From: an uncultured Gaiellaceae bacterium
Lineage (GTDB): Bacteria > Actinomycetota > Thermoleophilia > Gaiellales > Gaiellaceae
Direction of reading: 5' to 3'
DNA: 64,000 bases
NCBI GenBank assembly: GCA_963794385.1
Contig: CAWCDT010000002.1
Span: forward strand, 160,596 to 224,595
Part shown: positions 48,676-58,251 of the stretch, piece after piece
How positions within the stretch are numbered: position 1 is the stretch's first letter
How the letters are laid out: each line of letters begins with the position of its first letter
The notes under the pieces: generated by a model
What the model was told of the DNA's origin: nothing
Databases searched by the model: none
The model's input: only the letters and a program-made list of their open reading frames with translations
Program-made: the position numbers and the translations under genes

Positions 48676-48699
48676 CGGCCGAGTGTAGATTCCGCGCCG

Positions 48700-51294
48700 A
48701 TGCGCTACGTCTACGCCTTCGACGAGGACTCCGGCGGCGGCCGCGAGCTCCTGGGGGGAAAGGGGGTCGGGCTCGCGGAGATGACCGCGCTCGGCGTCCC
48801 GGTGCCGGCCGGCTTCACGATCACGACCGACGCCTGCCGGGCCTACATGACGGCCGGCGGGGAGCTTCCGGACGGGCTCACGGCCGAGGTCGCCGAGCAC
48901 ATCGCCGCGCTCGAGACCAAGGCGGGTAAACGCTTCGGTGACACGGGCGACCCGCTGCTCGTCTCGGTCCGCTCCGGCGCAGCCGTCTCGATGCCCGGGA
49001 TGATGGACACGATCCTCAATCTCGGCCTAGGGGACGACGCCGTCGCGGGCGTCGCGAAGACGACCGGGAACGAGCGCTTCGCGAACGACTCCTACCGCCG
49101 CCTGATCCAGATGTACGGCGAGGTTGTCGACGGGGTCGACGGGCATCGGTTCGAGCAGGCGCTCACCGACCTGAAGTCGTCGCGAGGCGTGAAGCAGGAC
49201 GTCGAGCTCTCGGCCGCGGATCTCGGCGAGCTGGTCGAGACGTTCAAGCAGATCTACGCCGAGGAGACGGGCGGCCCGTTCCCGCAGGACGCACACGCGC
49301 AGCTCGAGAAGGCCGTCCGGGCCGTCTTCGACTCGTGGGACGCGCCGCGCGCGCAGGTCTACCGGCGCACCTACGACATCCCCGACGACCTCGGTACGGC
49401 CGTCAACGTCGTGCAGATGGTCTTCGGCAACAAGGGCGACGGCTCCGGCACAGGCGTCTGCTTCACGCGCGACCCGGCGACCGGCGAGCACCGCCTCTAC
49501 GGCGAGTTCCTGCAGAACGCACAGGGCGAGGACGTCGTCGCCGGAATCCGGACGCCGGAGCCGATCACGCGCATGGAGGAGCTCCTTCCGGACGCCTACG
49601 GACAGCTGCTCGACACCATCCGTCGCCTCGAGGAGCACTACCGCGACATGCAGGACATCGAGTTCACGGTCGAGGACGGCACGCTCTTCCTGCTCCAGAC
49701 GCGCACCGCGAAGCGCACCGCGGCGGCGGCCCTGCGCGCCGCGGTCGAGATGGTCGACGAGGAGCTGATCTCGAAGGAGGAGGCGGTCGCGCGGATCGAT
49801 CCTGCGCAGCTCGACCAGCTCCTCCACCCGATGATCGACCCGTCGGCCGACGTCGAGGTAGTGGCGAAGGGCCTGAACGCCTCTCCGGGAGCAGCGTCGG
49901 GCGCGATCGTCTTCGACGCAGACACGGCAGAGGAGCGGGGCAAGGCGGGAGAGAGCGTCATCCTCGTCCGCTGGGAGACGACTCCGGACGACTTCCACGG
50001 CATGGTGCAGGCGGCCGGGATCCTGACCGCGCACGGCGGCCTCACCTCGCATGCGGCCGTCGTCGCGCGCGGCATGGGCACGCCCTGCGTCACGGGCTGC
50101 GAGGCGCTGCACGTGGACGCCCGGGCGAAGACGGCCCGGCTGCCCGGGCACGAGCTGAAGGAGGGCGACACGATCACGATCGACGGCGGCACCGGCGAGG
50201 TGATCGTCGGGGCGGTCCCGCTCGTGGCGCCGAAGCTGAACGACGACTTCACCACCGTCCTCGGCTGGGCGGACGGGATCCGCCGCCTGAAGGTGCGCAC
50301 GAACGCGGACACGCCCGAGGACGCGGCCAAGGCGCGCGAGTTCGGGGCCGAGGGGATCGGCCTGTGCCGGACCGAGCACATGTTCGCCGACGCGGAGCGG
50401 CTCCACCTGATGCGGGAGATGATCCTCGCGGCCGACGAGGACGGCCGCCGGACCGCGCTCGAGCAGCTCCTGCCGATCCAGCAGGGCGACTTCGAGGGGA
50501 TCTTCGAGGCGATGGCCGGCCTGCCGGTGACGATCCGGCTCCTCGACTGGCCGCTGCACGAGTTCCTGCCCTCGCTCGAGGAGGCGAGGGACGAGCGGCT
50601 GCGCGAGCGGATTCGGGCGCTCCAGGAGTCGAACCCGATGCTCGGCTGGCGCGCCTGCCGGCTCGGCCTCTCCTTCCCGGAGATCTACGAGATGCAGGTG
50701 CGCGCGATCGTGCGTGCGGCGCTCGCAGTGCGCGAGCGGACCGGTGCGGCGCCGCTCGTCGAGGTGATGCACCCGCTCGTCGGCTTCGGCGAGGAGCTGC
50801 GGCGGCTGCGCGAGCTGACCGTGCGCGTCGCGGCCGAGGAGGGAGAGCTCGAGTACAGCGTCGGCACGATGATCGAGCTGCCGCGGGCGTGCGTGCGCGC
50901 CGACGAGATCGCGGAGCACGCCGACTTCTTCTCCTTCGGCACGAACGACCTGACCCAGACCGCGCTCGGGATCTCCCGCGACGACGGCGGCCGCTTCCTC
51001 GCCCAGTACCTCGAGTCAGGCGTGCTCGAGCGCGACCCGTTCGAGACGATCGACCAGGAGGGCGTCGGCGACCTGATGGAGCTGGCGGTCGAGCGCGGCC
51101 GCGGCGTGCGGGCAGACCTCAAGCTCGGCATCTGCGGCGAGCACGGCGGCGAGCCGAAGTCGGTCGCTTTCTGTCACCGGCTCGGGCTCGACTACGTGTC
51201 GTGCAGCCCCTACCGCGTCCCGCTCGCCCGCCTGGCCGCGGCGCAGGCCGCGCTCGCCGAGCAGGGTGTCAGCGCGGTTGCGATCGGCGGCTAG
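48700..51294 (+). CDS. ppdK: pyruvate, phosphate dikinase
   Basis: 864 aa from the ATG at 48700. N-terminus MRYVYAF...GGKGVGLAEM. The catalytic His context is GGLTSHAAVVARGMG. The PEP-utilising TIM domain has GLCRTEHMF and SFGTNDLTQ. Confidence 0.96.
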   Translation: MRYVYAFDEDSGGGRELLGGKGVGLAEMTALGVPVPAGFTITTDACRAYMTAGGELPDGLTAEVAEHIAALETKAGKRFGDTGDPLLVSVRSGAAVSMPGMMDTILNLGLGDDAVAGVAKTTGNERFANDSYRRLIQMYGEVVDGVDGHRFEQALTDLKSSRGVKQDVELSAADLGELVETFKQIYAEETGGPFPQDAHAQLEKAVRAVFDSWDAPRAQVYRRTYDIPDDLGTAVNVVQMVFGNKGDGSGTGVCFTRDPATGEHRLYGEFLQNAQGEDVVAGIRTPEPITRMEELLPDAYGQLLDTIRRLEEHYRDMQDIEFTVEDGTLFLLQTRTAKRTAAAALRAAVEMVDEELISKEEAVARIDPAQLDQLLHPMIDPSADVEVVAKGLNASPGAASGAIVFDADTAEERGKAGESVILVRWETTPDDFHGMVQAAGILTAHGGLTSHAAVVARGMGTPCVTGCEALHVDARAKTARLPGHELKEGDTITIDGGTGEVIVGAVPLVAPKLNDDFTTVLGWADGIRRLKVRTNADTPEDAAKAREFGAEGIGLCRTEHMFADAERLHLMREMILAADEDGRRTALEQLLPIQQGDFEGIFEAMAGLPVTIRLLDWPLHEFLPSLEEARDERLRERIRALQESNPMLGWRACRLGLSFPEIYEMQVRAIVRAALAVRERTGAAPLVEVMHPLVGFGEELRRLRELTVRVAAEEGELEYSVGTMIELPRACVRADEIAEHADFFSFGTNDLTQTALGISRDDGGRFLAQYLESGVLERDPFETIDQEGVGDLMELAVERGRGVRADLKLGICGEHGGEPKSVAFCHRLGLDYVSCSPYRVPLARLAAAQAALAEQGVSAVAIGG

Positions 51295-51300
51295 CCACCG

Positions 51301-52156
51301 TCACGCGTAGCCGCGGACCTTCCAGTACGCGATCGCGATGCTGACGAGGCCGATCGCAATCAGGCCGACGTACGACGACAGATCCTGCCGAGAGTAGACG
51401 GCGCTGCGGCGGCCGAAGTGGGACATCGCCAGGATGGCGAGCGCGCCGCCGGCGAGACCGCCGAGGTGGCCGCCGATCGAGATTCCGGGGACGGCGAAGG
51501 TGAAGGCGAGGTTGAGCACGAGCAGCGTGATCGCGCTGCCCCCGAGCACGTAGGTGCGCTGGCGCTCGAGCACGATCGCCGCGCCGAGGATGCCGAAGAT
51601 CGCCCCGGAGGCGCCGACGGTCACCGCCGTCGGGTTCGCGATCAGCGCGCCGGCGGAGCCGGCGAGGCCCGAGACGAGGTAGAGCATGAGGTAGCGCACC
51701 GGGCCGAGCGCGTCCTCGAGCGGCCGCCCGATCCACCAGACGGCGAGCATGTTCATGCCGAGATGGATCGGCCCGTAGTGGAGGAAGGCCGCCGTGATCA
51801 GCCGCCACCACTCCCCTTCGGCGACGAGCGGGCCGTAGAGGGCGCCGTGCTGGAAGATCCAGCCGGAGTTCGCGTTGATCGAGGCACCGCCGGCGAGCTG
51901 GAGCAGGTAGATGCCGACGTTCGTCGCGACGATCGCCTTGGTCACGATCCCGGGATGCGGCAGCGCGCCACTGCGTCCGGTCTGCGACGCGCTTGACCCC
52001 CTGCTTGACCCCCTGCGCCTGCCCCGCGTGGTCGGGGCAGCGAATCCCGACCGGCGCGAACACCATGCAGTCCGGGCAGATCCCGCGGCCGCACTCCGAG
52101 CACGAGACGCCCGTCTCCCGGTCCGGATGGCGGTAGCACCTGAGCGTCTCGGCCAT
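51301..52156 (-). pseudogene. rhomboid family intramembrane serine protease with an N-terminal zinc ribbon; one extra base near 51967 (possibly a sequence error)
   Basis: The zinc ribbon MAETLRCYRHPDRETGVSCSECGRGICPDC lies in ORF 51269..52156. The rhomboid core (WWRLITAAFLHYGPIHLGMNM, GASGAIFG, GGHLGG) lies in ORF 51301..52176. Confidence 0.85.
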
Positions 52157-52180
52157 TGGGCAACTAGCCTAGCCACGAGA

Positions 52181-52861
52181 ATGCGGGTTCACGTCGCCTT
52201 CACGCCCGACGAGGCCGCAGCGGCCCCGACCGGGATCGTGATCGACGTTCTCCGGGCCACCTCGACGATCGCGCAGGCGCTCGCGGCCGGCTACGAGCGC
52301 GTGCTCTGCGTGCCGGAGATCGAGCAGGCGCGCGCTCTCCGGGCCGAGCTGCCGGACAGCCTCGTCGGCGGCGAGAGGGACGCGATCAGGATCGACGGCT
52401 TCGACGTCGGCGCCTCGCCGCGCGAGTTCACCGAGCGGCGTGCCTCCACGCTGATCCTCTCGACCACGAACGGGACGCGCTCGATCGTCATCGCCGCCGA
52501 GCGCTGTGACGAGGTCCTGCTCGGCAGCCTGCTCAATCTCGACGCCGTGGTTCGCGCCGCGGCCGAGCGTGGGGAGGACGTCGCGATCCTCTGCGCCGGC
52601 TACAAGGGAGCGTTCGCGCTCGACGACGCCTACTGCGCCGGCCGGATCGTGCAACTCCTCGGGGGCGAGCGGAGCGACGCGGCGGTCGCGGCGGAAGTGC
52701 TCGCCGCTGCCTACCCCGACCCGCACTCGGGGCTCACGGCGCGCACCTACGGCCCGCCGGGGCTCGAGGAGGACATCGTCTTCTGTGCCCGCGAGAGCGT
52801 GCTGGACGTGGTGCCTCGTTTCACGGGCATGCGCGGCCCCGCCGCGGAGGTCGTGCGCTGA
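52181..52861 (+). CDS. 2-phosphosulfolactate phosphatase (ComB) family protein
   Basis: 226 aa. IVIDVLRATSTI, GGERD, STTNGTR, and CAGYKGAFALDDAYCAG. Confidence 0.82.
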   Translation: MRVHVAFTPDEAAAAPTGIVIDVLRATSTIAQALAAGYERVLCVPEIEQARALRAELPDSLVGGERDAIRIDGFDVGASPREFTERRASTLILSTTNGTRSIVIAAERCDEVLLGSLLNLDAVVRAAAERGEDVAILCAGYKGAFALDDAYCAGRIVQLLGGERSDAAVAAEVLAAAYPDPHSGLTARTYGPPGLEEDIVFCARESVLDVVPRFTGMRGPAAEVVR

Positions 52862-54062
52862 GGGTTCCGCGGCGGCTCGACTCGGGCGCGGAGAGCCGGG
52901 CGACGTCGCTCGAGCTCTTCTTCGACCTCGTCTTCGTGTTCGCGATCACGCAGGTCTCGCATCTCCTGGTCGACCATCTGACCTGGGAGGGCGCGGCCCA
53001 GTCCGCGCTCGTCCTGCTCGTCGTCTGGTGGGGCTGGAACTACACGACGTGGTTCACGAACGAGGTCGACCTGGACTCGCTGCTGATCCGGGCCGTCCTG
53101 ATCGCTCTGATGCTCGCCAGTCCTCGTGCTCGCCGTCGCGATCCCGCAGGCGTTCGGTGCGCACGGACTGCTCTTCGCAGCGGCGTACGTGACGATCCAG
53201 GTCGGGCGACAGGGGTTCCTGACCTTCGTGGCGGCGCCGCGCGGCTCGCTCGAGCGCGAGCGCTCGCTCCGGATTCTCGACTGGTTCGCTCGTCGCCGGT
53301 GTCTTCTGGGTCGCCGGCGGTCTGGCGGAGGACGGCGCACGCTGGGCGTTCTGGCTGGTGGCGCTCGCGCTCGACTACACGGCGCCGCTCGTCACGTACG
53401 CGGTGCCGTTCCGGCCGCGGCTCTCGTCGAGCGCGTGGCAGGTGGAGACGAGCCACTTCGCCGAGCGGTTCCAGCTCTTCATGATCATCGCGCTCGGCGA
53501 GTCGATCGTCGTCACCGGCGCCACCACGACGGACGTGGGCCTGAGCACCGCGACGGTCGTCGCCTTCGGGCTCGCCTTCCTCGTCACCGCAGCCTTCTGG
53601 TGGCTCTACTTCGACTACGTCGCGAGGATCGCCGAGCGCCGGCTCGAGCTGGCCGAGAACCGCACCCAGTTGGCGCGCGACGCGTTCACGTACCTCCACG
53701 TCGTCCTCGTGGCCGGCATCATCGTCGCGGCCGTGGGCGACGAGCTCGTGATCGCCCATCCGACCGAGCGGCTCTCCGGCGCCGAGCTCGCCGCCGTCGT
53801 CGCCGGGCCGGCGCTCTACCTCTTCGGTCACGTGCTGCTGCGGCTGCGGATGACGGGCACGGTCGGCGGCCGCCGCCTCGCGGGGATGTTCGCCTGTATC
53901 GCAGTCGCGCCCGTCGGGCTCGTGGCGCCCGCCCTCGTCGTCGCCGCGCTTCTCCTCGCCGTCCTCGTCGGCGTGATCGCCGCCGAGTGGCTCGCGGCGG
54001 CGCGCCGCACGGCGCGCGGTGAGCCGACGCCGCTCGAGCGGCTCGAAGCCCGCCAGGGCTAG
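52858..54062 (+). pseudogene. low temperature requirement protein A (LtrA) family membrane protein with two +1 frame breaks; the start is uncertain
   Basis: SLELFFDLVFVFAITQVSHLL (frame 1) is followed by VLVLAVAIPQAFGAHGLLFAAAYV (frame 2, break at 53119). That is followed by LVAGVFWVAGG...HFAERFQLFMIIALGESIV (frame 0, break at 53288). No canonical start precedes the conserved N-terminus; there is a CTG at 52858. Confidence 0.7.
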
Positions 54063-54123
54063 CGTCGCCGCGGGCGGCGTATCGTTCAGGTACCGCAACA
54101 ACCCCAAGTGGAGGAGGTCTCCG

Positions 54124-54537
54124 ATGGCGGACACAGTGCGAGGCGTCCAGTACCACTACGTGACCGTCCCGGACGCACCGGGAGCAGGGCAGCAGGTCCT
54201 GTCGGCGCTCAGGGATCGTGGCGTGAACCTGCTCGCATTCCTCGGTTTCCCGGCTGAAGGCGGCCGGACGCAGCTCGACCTGGTCACAGAAGACCCAGAC
54301 GCGTTGCGAGCGGCGGCCGAAGAGGCGGGTCTCACGCTCAGCGAGGCGAAGCAGGCGTTTCTCGTCCAGGGCGAGGATCGCGCCGGAGCGGTCGCCGACA
54401 CGACGGCGAAGCTCGCCGAGGCGAACGTCAACGTCACCGCAGCAGCCGCCGTCGCCGCAGGCTCCGGGACGTTCGGGATGATCGTCTGGGTGGCGCCGGG
54501 CGACTACGACAAGGCAGCGCAGGCGCTCGGCGCGTAG
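54124..54537 (+). CDS. ACT domain-like protein
   Basis: 137 aa. GGAGGAGG lies 6-13 nt upstream of the ATG. There are two ACT-like halves (YHYVTVPDAPGAGQQVLSAL..., FLVQGEDRAGAVADTTAKLAEANVNV). Confidence 0.65.
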   Translation: MADTVRGVQYHYVTVPDAPGAGQQVLSALRDRGVNLLAFLGFPAEGGRTQLDLVTEDPDALRAAAEEAGLTLSEAKQAFLVQGEDRAGAVADTTAKLAEANVNVTAAAAVAAGSGTFGMIVWVAPGDYDKAAQALGA

Positions 54538-54668
54538 CGCAGCGGGCCGCAGCACACAGCTCTTCCGAGTCTCACCAAAGTCTTAGAAAGCATTCAGGCG
54601 CCTCTCAGGCCGCTCTTAGGTCGCGCGGCGACGCTTTGGCACCCCGTCACGCGACCAAGGAGTGCAGA

Positions 54669-55683
54669 GTGGCCGATCAAGCGCAGCTGAAGGCAGTCGA
54701 GGGAGGCCCCGACCACGAGGTGGTCGAGAGCGCCGTCTTCGAGATCAAACGCGTCATCGCTGGTCAGGACGAGATGCTCGAGCGCGTCTTCGTCTGCCTG
54801 CTGGCGGGAGGGCACCTCCTGATCGAGGGCGTCCCCGGCCTCGCGAAGACCTTGACGATCAAGACAGTGGCGGGCGTGCTCGGCGGGACGTTCCAGCGCG
54901 TGCAGTTCACACCCGACCTCGTCCCATCCGACCTGGTCGGCACGCGGATCTATCGCGGCAGGGAGGGGTTCGACACCGAGCTCGGCCCGGTCTTCTGCAA
55001 CTTCCTCCTCGCCGACGAGATCAACCGGGCGCCCGCGAAGGTGCAGTCGGCCCTGCTCGAGGTGATGCAGGAGCGCCAGGTCACGATCGGCAAGGACACC
55101 CACGCCGTCCCGTCGCCCTTCCTCGTGATGGCGACGCAGAACCCGATCGAGTCCGAGGGCACGTACGCGCTCCCCGAGGCGCAGCTCGACCGGTTCATGC
55201 TCAAGATCCTGGTCGACTACCCGGAGCCTGCGGACGAGCTGACGGTGATCGAGCGCGCCCTGGCCGATCCCGTTGCCGTCGAGCAGCTGCTCTCGGTCGA
55301 CGACCTGGCGGAGCTTCAGTCGGCGACGCGGCGAATCTACGTCGACCCGGCGGTCTCCCGTTACGCCCTGTCGCTCGCGACGGCGACCCGGCGGCTCTCG
55401 GAGGCGGGGCTCGAGGAGCTCGCTTCGTACGTCGACTTCGGCGCGAGCCCGCGCGGCCCCATCAACCTCGTCGCTCGGGGCGCGGGCGCTCGCGCTCCTG
55501 CGCGGCCGCCGCTACGTGCTGCCGCAGGACGTGCGCGAGCTCGCCAAGGACGTGCTGCGCCACCGGATGGTGCTCAGCTACGAGGCGCTCGCGGAAGGCG
55601 TCGACGCCGACCGCGTGCTCGACCGCGTGCTCGAGACGATCGCGATGCCGCAGCTCGAGCTGGCGCGGGAGCACGCCGCATGA
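54669..55683 (+). pseudogene. MoxR family AAA+ ATPase with one extra base at about 55473 (possibly a sequence error)
   Basis: AAGGAG lies 6 nt before the GTG at 54669. Motifs: Walker A, GVPGLAKT; Walker B, LLADEINRA; and MATQNPIE. The C-terminal part ALALLRGRRYVLPQDVRELAKDVLRHR lies in ORF 55273..55683. Confidence 0.88.
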
Positions 55684-56613
55684 GCACCGTCGCCACGCTT
55701 CGTCCGGCCCGCACCCCCGGCCGTCCCGGCCCGGGCCCTGTGCCGGCGGCGCTCCTGCGCAAGGTCAACCTGACCGTCCGCCGCCGCATCGACGGGCTGC
55801 TCGCCGGCGACCACCGCTCGTGGGCGCACGGCGACGGCACCGAGCTCGCCCAGGTACGTCCCTACGTCCCGGGCGACGACGTCCGCCTGATCGACTGGAA
55901 CGTGACCGCCCGCACCGACGAGCCGCACGTCCGCGTCAACGTCGCCGAGCGGGCGGTCGAGACCTGGCTGCTGCTCGACACGTCGGCCTCGATGACCTTC
56001 GGGACGGCAGACCGGCGCAAGTGGGACGTCGCCGAGGGCGTCTCGCTCGCGCTCGGCCACTTCGCCGTCCGCCGCGGCAACCGGCTCGCGGTCGCCACCT
56101 TCGGCGACCGCAACCCGATCAGCTCGCCGGCCCGGCAGGGCAACCGTGGCCTGCTGGCCCTGCTGCTCGCGCTGAGACAGGAGCCCGATCTCGAGCCCGG
56201 TCGGACCGACCTCGCTCGGCGCGGCGCTCGCCCGGCTCGGCCGGCTCGCGCGCCGCCGCGCCGTCGTGGTCGTCGTCTCGGACTTCCGCGGCCCGCGCGA
56301 CTGGCGTCCCCACCTGCTGCAGCTCGCCTCGCGGCACGACGTCGTCGCGATCGAGATCCGCGACCCGCGCGAGCAGGAGCTCCCGGACGTCGGCGACATC
56401 TGGGTCGTCGACCCCGAGACGGGGCGCCAGCTCCGGGTCGACACACGCAGCCGCAAGCTGCGACAGCGCTTCGGCGACGTCGCGGCCGCCGAACGCGAGG
56501 AACTCGTCCGCGAGCTGCGCTCGCTCGGCGTTCCCCACCTGACCCTGTCCACCTCCGGCGACTGGCTGCGCCGGCTCGTCGGCTTCGTCGAGACCGAGGG
56601 GAGGCGGCGATGA
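55680..56613 (+). pseudogene. DUF58 protein (MoxR partner) with a frame break at 56211-56218 (possibly a sequence error)
   Basis: ATGA coupling to moxR. YVPGDDVRLIDWNVTAR is the DUF58 hallmark. The C-terminal part VVVVSDFRG... lies in ORF 56266..56613. At the break the sequence reads CTCGCTCG. Confidence 0.8.
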
Positions 56614-57584
56614 CCTTCGCCTGGCCCATCGCCCTCAGCGGCCTGGCGCTGGTCGGGCTGGTGCTCCTCGCGTACGTCGTCGCGCAGCGGCGCCGCCGGC
56701 GCTACGTCGTCCGCTTCACGAACCTCGACCTGCTGGAGAACGTCGTCGCCGACTCGCCGCGCTGGCGCCGCCACGTGCCGGCGGCCCTGACTCTGCTCGC
56801 CCTGAGTGCGCTCGTGGTCGGGATCGCTCGGCCGCAGGTGGCGATGGCCGTGCCCCGCGAGGAGGCGACGGTGATCCTCGCGATGGACAGCTCCGGCTCG
56901 ATGGAGGCGACCGACGTGGAGCCGACCCGCATGGTCGCCGCGCGGGAGGCGGCGAGCTCGTTCGTCGAGGGGCTGCCCGACGGCTTCCGTGTCGGCGTCG
57001 TGTCGTTCTCGAACGAAGCAGACGTCGTCGTGCCGCCGACCTCCGACCGCGAGGAGGCGCTGCGTGGCCTGAGCACGCTGCGGGCCGACAACGGGACGGC
57101 GCTCGGCGACGCGATCGCGCGCTCCGTCGACCTCGGCGTCTCGAGCCTGGACGAGCAACTCGCCGCCGCGGACGAGGAGACGCCGCTCGTCGTCCTCCTC
57201 CTCTCCGACGGGGCGAACACGACCGGCGACTACGAGCCGCTCGAGGCGGCACAGAAGGCGGCCGACGCCGGGGTGCCCGTCTACACGGTCGCCCTGGGCA
57301 CCGACGCGGGCACCGTGGAGGGCCCGGACGGCTTCGGCGGCACCCGGACGATCCGCGTCCCGCCCGACCCGGAGACGCTGTCCCAGGTCGCGGAGCAGAC
57401 CGGCGGCACGTTCTTCGAGGCCGCCGACGAGGACGCCCTGCGGAGCGTCTACGACGAGATCGGCTCGCAGGTCGGCGTCGAGGAGGAGCAGCGCGAGCTG
57501 ACCGTCCTCTTCACCGCGGCCGGCGCGGCCCTGCTTCTCCTCGGGGGAGCGCTCTCGACGCTCTGGTTCGGGCGGATCCCGTGA
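56610..57584 (+). CDS. von Willebrand factor A domain membrane protein (BatA-like)
   Basis: ATGA coupling to the upstream gene. N-terminal TM helices, the MIDAS motif ILAMDSSGSM, LLLSDGANT, and a C-terminal TM. Confidence 0.85.
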   Translation: MTFAWPIALSGLALVGLVLLAYVVAQRRRRRYVVRFTNLDLLENVVADSPRWRRHVPAALTLLALSALVVGIARPQVAMAVPREEATVILAMDSSGSMEATDVEPTRMVAAREAASSFVEGLPDGFRVGVVSFSNEADVVVPPTSDREEALRGLSTLRADNGTALGDAIARSVDLGVSSLDEQLAAADEETPLVVLLLSDGANTTGDYEPLEAAQKAADAGVPVYTVALGTDAGTVEGPDGFGGTRTIRVPPDPETLSQVAEQTGGTFFEAADEDALRSVYDEIGSQVGVEEEQRELTVLFTAAGAALLLLGGALSTLWFGRIP

Positions 57585-57612
57585 CCCGACGACCCGAAGG
57601 GAGGTGAGGACC

Positions 57613-57882
57613 ATGGAAGAGAAGGCGCGCACCCTCAACGTGCGTCCGCTGCTCGTCGCCCTGGCTGTGCTGGCCGCGGCCGCCTCGATCTGGGCGGCGA
57701 CCGCACTCGCCGGAGGTGGCTCGTCCACCTCGAACGAGCCTGAGACGAGCAGCTATCCGACCACCGTCTACGTCCAGGCGGAGGATGACGGCGCAGCACC
57801 CGCCAGGGGCGACTGCCCGGAGGACGGCGGCGGTTCCGGCGGCGAGGACGGCTCGAGCGATTCGAGCCCGAACGACCTCTAG
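57613..57882 (+). CDS. small secreted/anchored Gly-Ser-Asp-rich protein
   Basis: GGGAGG lies 8 nt before the ATG at 57613. It has a signal-like segment, LLVALAVLAAAASIWAATALA. No family recognised. Confidence 0.5.
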   Translation: MEEKARTLNVRPLLVALAVLAAAASIWAATALAGGGSSTSNEPETSSYPTTVYVQAEDDGAAPARGDCPEDGGGSGGEDGSSDSSPNDL

Positions 57883-58211
57883 ATGGTTGATCGGTAATTG
57901 GCGTGCCCGCGGGGCCGATCCAGACCAAGCTGGGGGCCGCACTCGGCCGCAGTCAAGGCTGGTTGCCTTGGCAAGGTCGAGGGTGGCTCCCAGCGCCGTG
58001 TCTGGGTCGTCATCCGCGAGTGCGGTAATTGCCGATCGAATCGATCTAGCCGGAGGCCGGGTCCGGAGCGGCGACGGTCGCTCCGGGGCCCGGTGCCCCG
58101 CGTCTGCGGCGCCGATCCCGATCCTGCCCACGCGCACGCGAGTTAGAACCCGCGGGGAGGAATCCGCTCCGGAGCGGCGGAGGATCGCTGAGCCCTCCCT
58201 TGCGCAGACAG

Positions 58212-58239
58212 TTGACAGGAACATACGTTCTGGTATAGA
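58212..58239 (+). promoter_or_regulatory. sigma-70-type promoter of imuB (TTGACA, 16-nt spacer, TATAGA)
   Basis: TTGACA at 58212-58217 and TATAGA at 58234-58239. The ATG at 58252 leaves room for only a few leader nucleotides and no SD sequence. Confidence 0.55.
58219..58230. promoter_or_regulatory. LexA (SOS/Cheo) box 1, GAACATACGTTC
   Basis: Perfect GAAC-N4-GTTC palindrome in the spacer between the -35 and -10 elements. Confidence 0.75.
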
Positions 58240-58249
58240 ACATACGTTC
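58238..58249. promoter_or_regulatory. LexA (SOS/Cheo) box 2, GAACATACGTTC
   Basis: An identical 12-mer overlaps the -10 element and the predicted transcription start, 3 nt before the imuB ATG. Confidence 0.75.
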
Positions 58250-58251
58250 CC

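Noticed and set aside
47260-48699. A 480-codon N-terminal extension of the ppdK ORF (1344 aa in the track), which also reads through palindrome copy 3 as SNRLLLG.
   Set aside because: The extension is antisense to the LigD-Pol, kinase and peptidase E genes and has no homology. PPDK homology starts exactly at the ATG at 48700 (MRYVYAF...).
51992-52015. A tandem 12-nt duplication, CTTGACCCCCTG x2 (QGVKQGVK in the rhomboid N-terminal linker). A similar AAAGAC x2 occurs in the methyltransferase pseudogene near 60435.
   Set aside because: These are short in-frame slippage duplications in linker regions. They have no further copies and no evident function.
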